Assembly: GCA_041653875.1 (NCBI GenBank)
Contig: JBAZEM010000006.1
Coordinates: forward strand, 46,585 to 110,584
DNA: 64,000 nucleotides
Direction of reading: 5' to 3'
Source of the DNA: Kiritimatiellia bacterium
Lineage (GTDB): Bacteria > Verrucomicrobiota > Kiritimatiellia > JAAZAB01
Part shown: positions 59,120 to 64,000 of the stretch, piece after piece
How the letters are laid out: each line of letters starts with the position of its first letter
How positions within the stretch are numbered: position 1 is the first letter of the stretch
Translations under genes and position numbers: made by a program
The notes under the pieces: model-generated
Seen by the model: the letters and a program-made list of their open reading frames with translations, nothing else
What the model was told of the DNA's origin: nothing
Databases searched by the model: none

Positions 59120-62100
59120 GTGAAGTTACAAAATCCATCTCTTTTTGGACTGCTTTCGATCCTTTTGGGACTGGGCATGGCCGCAGGGTGTTTCCCTCCA
59201 AGGAACGCAAATTCCAAGACCACCGAACAACCGGACGTGCCGCGCCCCTTGGTGATTGTCGAGCGCGGCGAGATGGATCCTTCCGGAAGTGAAGGGATTT
59301 TGCTCCGTGAATTGGGACGCCAGGCGGTGATGATCGCCGCCCGCGAGGGGTTGGGCGCCCGCACGTGGGACATGACGCTCATGGATACGGCGCCAAGTCC
59401 GGCGGCCACCAACGCGTTAACGGTTCGGCTGTGGATGTCGGCCACAACCAACGGTTTCAAAATCGGCCTAAAGTCGGTCGGCGCCAATGGCGCGACCGCT
59501 CAGTTGCTGGAGCGAACGATCGAGACTCCGGCGCGGCAGTTCCTGGACTATGAAACGCTCATTGCCAACCTTGAAGCCATGTCGCGCTCCACGTTTGTCG
59601 ATGCATTGAAATCGGCGGGCATTGCGCCGGTCGTGATCCCACAGTCAACAGGTCATGTGCGGACGGCATCATCCGGAAATGACGCTTTATGGGGCAGTAT
59701 GGACGTCTTTACTCACTGGGCGGCTCTGCGTGCGCTTCATAATGAGATTCGCATTCAGGGGGAATCGTCCGCCAATCTGGCGGAACTGGCGCGGGGTTAC
59801 GCCAATATGGCGCAGATGACCCGTTTTTGCTGGAACTCGATGGATAAGGCGTGCATGGCGCGAGCCTTGCTCTATGCCCAGCGCCTGATGGCTACCCGGC
59901 CGGAAATGTCCATGGCCAGGGCTTATCGCGCTTATGTTCGGGCATTGTGTGAAAGGCATGGGCCGGCCTTGGAAGATATCGACGCTGTGCGCAAAGCCTG
60001 TGGCGGCCGGACGAATGACCTTCCGGCATGGTTGGACATCCTGGCGTCCTATTGCCGATATCGAACGGCAGTCCTCAATGACCGGGCCGAGAAGGAGCCG
60101 AATAATCAACTCTTGTCGTTACTCCGGGTCATGGCTGTTCGCAACGCGAGGAGCGAGACAGTCCGGTTAAACATAATCCAGGATGCCCTGAAGAAGGCGC
60201 CGTTGTGTTCTGTCCTGTATGACGACTGGTGCGCCGTGCCGGGGGTATCGGTGGGGCACCAGGCGACAACCATGTCGCCCGTCGCATTTGCTTCGACCCT
60301 GTGCCAAATAATTAGCAGAATGAAAATCCTGCCGAATGAGATACGCGAGCTGGCGCTGCAGGGCGAAAAACAGCGACATGATCGGCGAGGCTCTGCGGGG
60401 TCGGACGTGGACGCTAAACTGCCTGGTTTTCAGGACGCGGCGATCCGAACCAACCTGGTCCATAACTTGTATGCCATCGGCGAGAAAGACTCGCGGGAAC
60501 CCTCCGTAGCCATGTTAGGAGCGCTGATCGAGAGTGCCTCGTTCGTTCAAATCCAACGCCGTTTTTATTTTATGGCTGATGTGTGGGGTCTTCCTTCGGA
60601 AGAAATAAAGACGCTTATGCCCGCCGTCAAGCCTTACATTGCCTCCCATCCCTATCGGGCGTTCATCGAAAGCTATGCGTTAAATCCGCAACGCGACAAG
60701 TCGGTCTATACCCAATCGATGGCTGGGTTGGTCGTGATGGATATGAAGCCCGCCATGGCGCCCATCGTCAAAGTCCGCCCCCCTCTCGACATCAACGCTC
60801 AGTCCGATCAAATCGCCGGCGACCTGGAATCCCGGATTTTAAAACAAGCGTCCCGGAAGGAACCGGACAATGCCAGGGAGTTGCAGCGGGATGTCGCCGA
60901 ACTGGAATTGATCAGTCCGTTTTCTCCGGTGGCCGTGACCGCCCGCATCAAGATCGATTGGGACCAGTCGGCGAATCGCGTGGCGGCGTGGGAAGCGTGC
61001 GCTTCGGAACAGCCGGATATTGCCCGCGCCCTGGCTTTGAAGTACCGCGAACTTGAGCGCTATCGAGAGGCGGAACGTTTTTTGCATTTCTGGGCAGATC
61101 AGACGCGGGACTACTCAGCCTATTATGCGTTGGCGAATAACTTTTCGCGGCAAGGACAGACTAACGAGTGGTTGGCCACGATGGAAGACGCTCTGAAAAA
61201 TGTCCGGGATACCGGTCTCGATCATGCCGATATTCGGATAAAAATCGCCCTTTATTATATGCGGCTCGGGCAATGGTTAAAAGCCGTTCCTTATGCCGAA
61301 ACAGCCGCCAAAACATGGGCCGCTCGGGCCATGACCTGCGCCGCGCAATGTTATGAAGGCGCGGGCCAATGGGCGCAGGCCGAGCAGTGGGTCCGCCGAA
61401 ATGCGGAGCGCTATGACGGGGAGCGCCTGAAATGGTATTGCTGGTGCCGGCGCACGGGGCAGGGGAACGCGTCCGCCGCGCTGGCCTTTGCGAACAAGTA
61501 TGCGGCAACATTCGAGGCCAGCGAACAGACCAAGGATCGATATTGGGCGGCGGCTTTCTATCAATTAAGCGGCGACACAAACAAAGCGCTTGAAATATGG
61601 TCGAAAGCTTACACGCAACATCGCCATCCTTATCCCGGTCTCCACGCCGTATTGTTGCTGTCCCAACTGAATCGGTCCCATGAACGGGATGCTTTGCTTA
61701 AAAAAATAGTGAAGCGCGCCGATTCGCGCACAAGTCAGCGAAGCGATTTGCCCGCCCTGAATGCAATGGCCGTGTTGTTCCAGCAATATTTGGGCGGGGC
61801 CGACCGTCTGGATTTCGATGAAAAGGCGGCGGATATCGTCGCTTATAGCGACGATGCCGATGAGCGCGAATATTTGTGCTATTTTGCCGGATATTTCTAC
61901 GAATTAATGGGCGAGCCGGAATTGTCGGTTGCATACTACGAACGCGCCGACGATCTTTTTTTGCCGTATATGCAGCCGGTCTATCTGGCCGGCGCCGCCC
62001 GGCAACGACTTAAGGCCGGCGGCAAAATGGCGGGACGGCCGGGCGCGAACCTAAATCGCCCAGGCAAATACGACAGCGCCATAGAGTTTGCCCGGAAGAA

Positions 62101-62635
62101 GATATCCATGATGGAATCCGAGTTCGGCACGAACCATCTCGATGTGGGGGATGCGGTGTATGAACTGGGCAATCTCTATTACAAGCAAGGCCAATACGCG
62201 GCGGCCGGGCCGCTCTACCAACGTGCGCTGACGATCTGGGAGAAGGCGCTCGGCGCCGGCAATCGCGATTTGGCCGTTCCATTAAGGGCTTTGGGATTGG
62301 TCTATTATAAACAAGGCCGGTATGCTGTGGCTGAACCGTTCTTCCAACGTGCCTTGGCGATCCGGGAGAAAGCCTTGGATCCCAACCACGTCGATGCGGC
62401 CGAGTCGTTGCGTGACCTTGCCCGTCTATATTACAGGCAAAAGCGATACGCGGCGGCCGAGCCGCTCTACCGCCGCGCCTTGGCGATTTTGGAAAAAGCC
62501 CGCGGCCCTGACCATCCCGATGTGGCAAGGGTTATGGAAGACATGGCGCATCTCTATGGCAAGACCGGCGACAAAACGAAGGAACTCGAGTACAAAGAAC
62601 GTGCCGCCAAAATCCGTGAAAAATCGCGTAAATGA
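59120..62635 (+). CDS. Large lipoprotein with C-terminal TPR (TPR_10/12, kinesin-light-chain-like) repeats
   Basis: GTG start. Lipobox LGLGMAAGC. C-terminal repeats LGNLYYKQGQYAAAGPLYQRALTIWEKALG x4. Confidence 0.65.
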   Translation: MKLQNPSLFGLLSILLGLGMAAGCFPPRNANSKTTEQPDVPRPLVIVERGEMDPSGSEGILLRELGRQAVMIAAREGLGARTWDMTLMDTAPSPAATNALTVRLWMSATTNGFKIGLKSVGANGATAQLLERTIETPARQFLDYETLIANLEAMSRSTFVDALKSAGIAPVVIPQSTGHVRTASSGNDALWGSMDVFTHWAALRALHNEIRIQGESSANLAELARGYANMAQMTRFCWNSMDKACMARALLYAQRLMATRPEMSMARAYRAYVRALCERHGPALEDIDAVRKACGGRTNDLPAWLDILASYCRYRTAVLNDRAEKEPNNQLLSLLRVMAVRNARSETVRLNIIQDALKKAPLCSVLYDDWCAVPGVSVGHQATTMSPVAFASTLCQIISRMKILPNEIRELALQGEKQRHDRRGSAGSDVDAKLPGFQDAAIRTNLVHNLYAIGEKDSREPSVAMLGALIESASFVQIQRRFYFMADVWGLPSEEIKTLMPAVKPYIASHPYRAFIESYALNPQRDKSVYTQSMAGLVVMDMKPAMAPIVKVRPPLDINAQSDQIAGDLESRILKQASRKEPDNARELQRDVAELELISPFSPVAVTARIKIDWDQSANRVAAWEACASEQPDIARALALKYRELERYREAERFLHFWADQTRDYSAYYALANNFSRQGQTNEWLATMEDALKNVRDTGLDHADIRIKIALYYMRLGQWLKAVPYAETAAKTWAARAMTCAAQCYEGAGQWAQAEQWVRRNAERYDGERLKWYCWCRRTGQGNASAALAFANKYAATFEASEQTKDRYWAAAFYQLSGDTNKALEIWSKAYTQHRHPYPGLHAVLLLSQLNRSHERDALLKKIVKRADSRTSQRSDLPALNAMAVLFQQYLGGADRLDFDEKAADIVAYSDDADEREYLCYFAGYFYELMGEPELSVAYYERADDLFLPYMQPVYLAGAARQRLKAGGKMAGRPGANLNRPGKYDSAIEFARKKISMMESEFGTNHLDVGDAVYELGNLYYKQGQYAAAGPLYQRALTIWEKALGAGNRDLAVPLRALGLVYYKQGRYAVAEPFFQRALAIREKALDPNHVDAAESLRDLARLYYRQKRYAAAEPLYRRALAILEKARGPDHPDVARVMEDMAHLYGKTGDKTKELEYKERAAKIREKSRK

Positions 62636-62639
62636 TACG

Positions 62640-62700
62640 CCTTATCTTTAAGGCGGGCTAAGCGCCCGCAACCCAAGGGAGGGCGGGCATGTTGCCCGCT
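62640..62700. terminator. Inverted copy of the terminator-associated repeat found after rhaA
   Basis: Reverse complement of 36946-37000 with 2-3 mismatches. Directly follows the stop of the TPR gene. Confidence 0.55.
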
Positions 62701-62744
62701 ACGGACAGCGACACGCTGTCCCTCCCAAAAACATACACGCAAAA

Positions 62745-63360
62745 ACGTGTATCTTTACGGAAAAGGTGCTAAGGGAACAACTCGGGTAGTCAGGAGTCGG
62801 AATAACTTGATCTACAGGAATTTTCCGCCATTGGCGTATCCCTGGCCGAGCTCGGGCAGGACGCCTCCGGCGGACAAAGTTGTAGCCGCGAGACGACCCG
62901 CCTGCAACGCTTCGCGTAGCGATGCGGGCAGGTAGGCTCGCGCAATTAGCCGAAAACGCCAGGCTTCGCCGGAGCGCTTCGCCCAGGCGAGTCGGCCTAA
63001 ACGTCCGACGGCCTGCCCGCAATGCTACGCATAGCGTTGCAGGCGGGCTACAGTTACAGTAACAGTCGCGGCCTTCGGCCGCCTACCTTGATGTTAAGGA
63101 AATTCAACCCAGGTAGAGCCGGTTTTTCCTCCATAGGCGGATCCGCCTCCGGCGGAACACCGGCTATAATAGCCGACATAAAGTCGGCTCTACATGGAAC
63201 AGTTGCGGCCTTTGGCCGCCTAACTCGATGCATAGGAAATCCAAACCCGCCGGGTCAGGGGACCCGGCCTACAATACTGTAGGCCCGGTGCCCTCACCGG
63301 GCGTTATGAAAAGCCGCCCCGCTGCGGGGCCTAACTCGATCTAATAGGAAATTGTATTTT
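62745..63360. repeat. BIME-like mosaic repeat array (largest copy; at least 4 linker motifs)
   Basis: Linkers at about 62800, 63095, 63215 and 63330 with 115-120 bp spacing. Modules shared with 14866-15245 and 48335-48545. Confidence 0.8.
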
Positions 63361-63690
63361 TTGAGAATTTGCGTCTGGACTAAGAAAAATGATTTATTGG
63401 TAGGGCTCGGTTGCCTGCCCGCCATAGCCCCGGGCGACGGCGGGTCCCTGCCGAGCCGTTTGTGGAAGAACGGCCCACCCGGCCGTCGTCGCGCCGAAGT
63501 GACGCTATGCCGGGCCGCGAAGGCGGAAGGGTGGTCCCTACCTTGCGGAAGTCCGCGGAGCGCGGTTTTACGCGCTCTGCGATAAGTGCACCATTTTGAT
63601 GAGTGAAAGCTCTGTAAATACGGGGCGCGGCGATATGGTATATGAAATTATTCATTTACGAGCCCTAAGCATAAATATGTCCGGACAATT

Positions 63691-64000
63691 ATGATCTCTT
63701 TAGTACACCGCCGTCGATCATTTCTGCCTCGGCCTTGGCGCTGGGCCGTTCCGGCGTTTTTCTTGCCGCTGGCCCTGATGCTGACCTGCATTCCGGCCGG
63801 CGGGGTTGAAACAACGGTGGCCGTCCTTAATTTCGCCAATACGCATGCCGGCGCTGAAAAAGACCAACAGCGCTGGTTATCCAAAGGGCTGGCCGACCTG
63901 TTAATCGGCGACCTCTCGCTTTCCAAGCAACTCCGCGTCGTCACGCGGGAGGACATGCAGGTGCTTATGCAGGAAGCCGAACTCATCGACAAAGCGATCG
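63691..64000 (+). CDS. Partial (5' end) secreted CsgG/TolB-N-like domain protein, third paralog
   Basis: Manual translation: signal peptide then VAVLNFANTHAG...LSKGLADLLIGDLSLSKQLRVVTREDMQVLMQEAELID. It runs off the window end. Confidence 0.45.
   Translation, partial: MISLVHRRRSFLPRPWRWAVPAFFLPLALMLTCIPAGGVETTVAVLNFANTHAGAEKDQQRWLSKGLADLLIGDLSLSKQLRVVTREDMQVLMQEAELIDKAI

Overview
This is a gene-dense, high-GC (~60%) bacterial chromosomal window, possibly from the PVC superphylum (not asserted). It carries a housekeeping core: tpx, ispF, cysS, tmk, holB, PSP1, aroQ, accB, accC, asp23/amaP, DUF1015, leuS, rhaA, a PpiC-type isomerase, ychF, an M16 peptidase, hisA and hisB. Several accessory loci sit among these genes. 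(1) A DUF318 permease plus TIGR03943 pair lies next to a ZnuB-like gene fragment. (2) A large FG-GAP tandem-repeat secreted protein. (3) Two cobalamin riboswitches on the minus strand. One drives a canonical btuF-TBDR-btuC-btuD B12 importer. The other sits in front of a 753-aa membrane-anchored Ig-domain surface protein, a candidate novel corrinoid-capture factor. (4) A metal-uptake operon (TonB-dependent receptor, ZnuA/C/B-like ABC system, SAM methyltransferase) headed by an 84-aa 'mini-NikR' that lacks the metal-binding core, with an operator-like palindrome next to it and a TonB/ExbB/ExbD set beside it. (5) An ECF sigma/anti-sigma pair followed by about 16 kb of secreted or envelope proteins. 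These include three paralogous CsgG/TolB-N-like domain proteins, a zinc-ribbon TM protein, a 1466-aa beta-helix/PKD/Ig adhesin, a Sel1 protein with a possible frameshift, and a 1171-aa TPR lipoprotein. The non-coding space is unusually rich in small repeats. There is a BIME-like mosaic family of hairpin modules joined by a conserved ~27-nt linker at 5 loci, heptamer arrays (GACGACG)n and GAACNAA-arm hairpins at gene 3' ends, and copies of a terminator-associated inverted repeat. In-frame simple-sequence insertions occur in cysS, leuS and a membrane protein. All assignments come from reading the translations and the DNA. No database search was possible.
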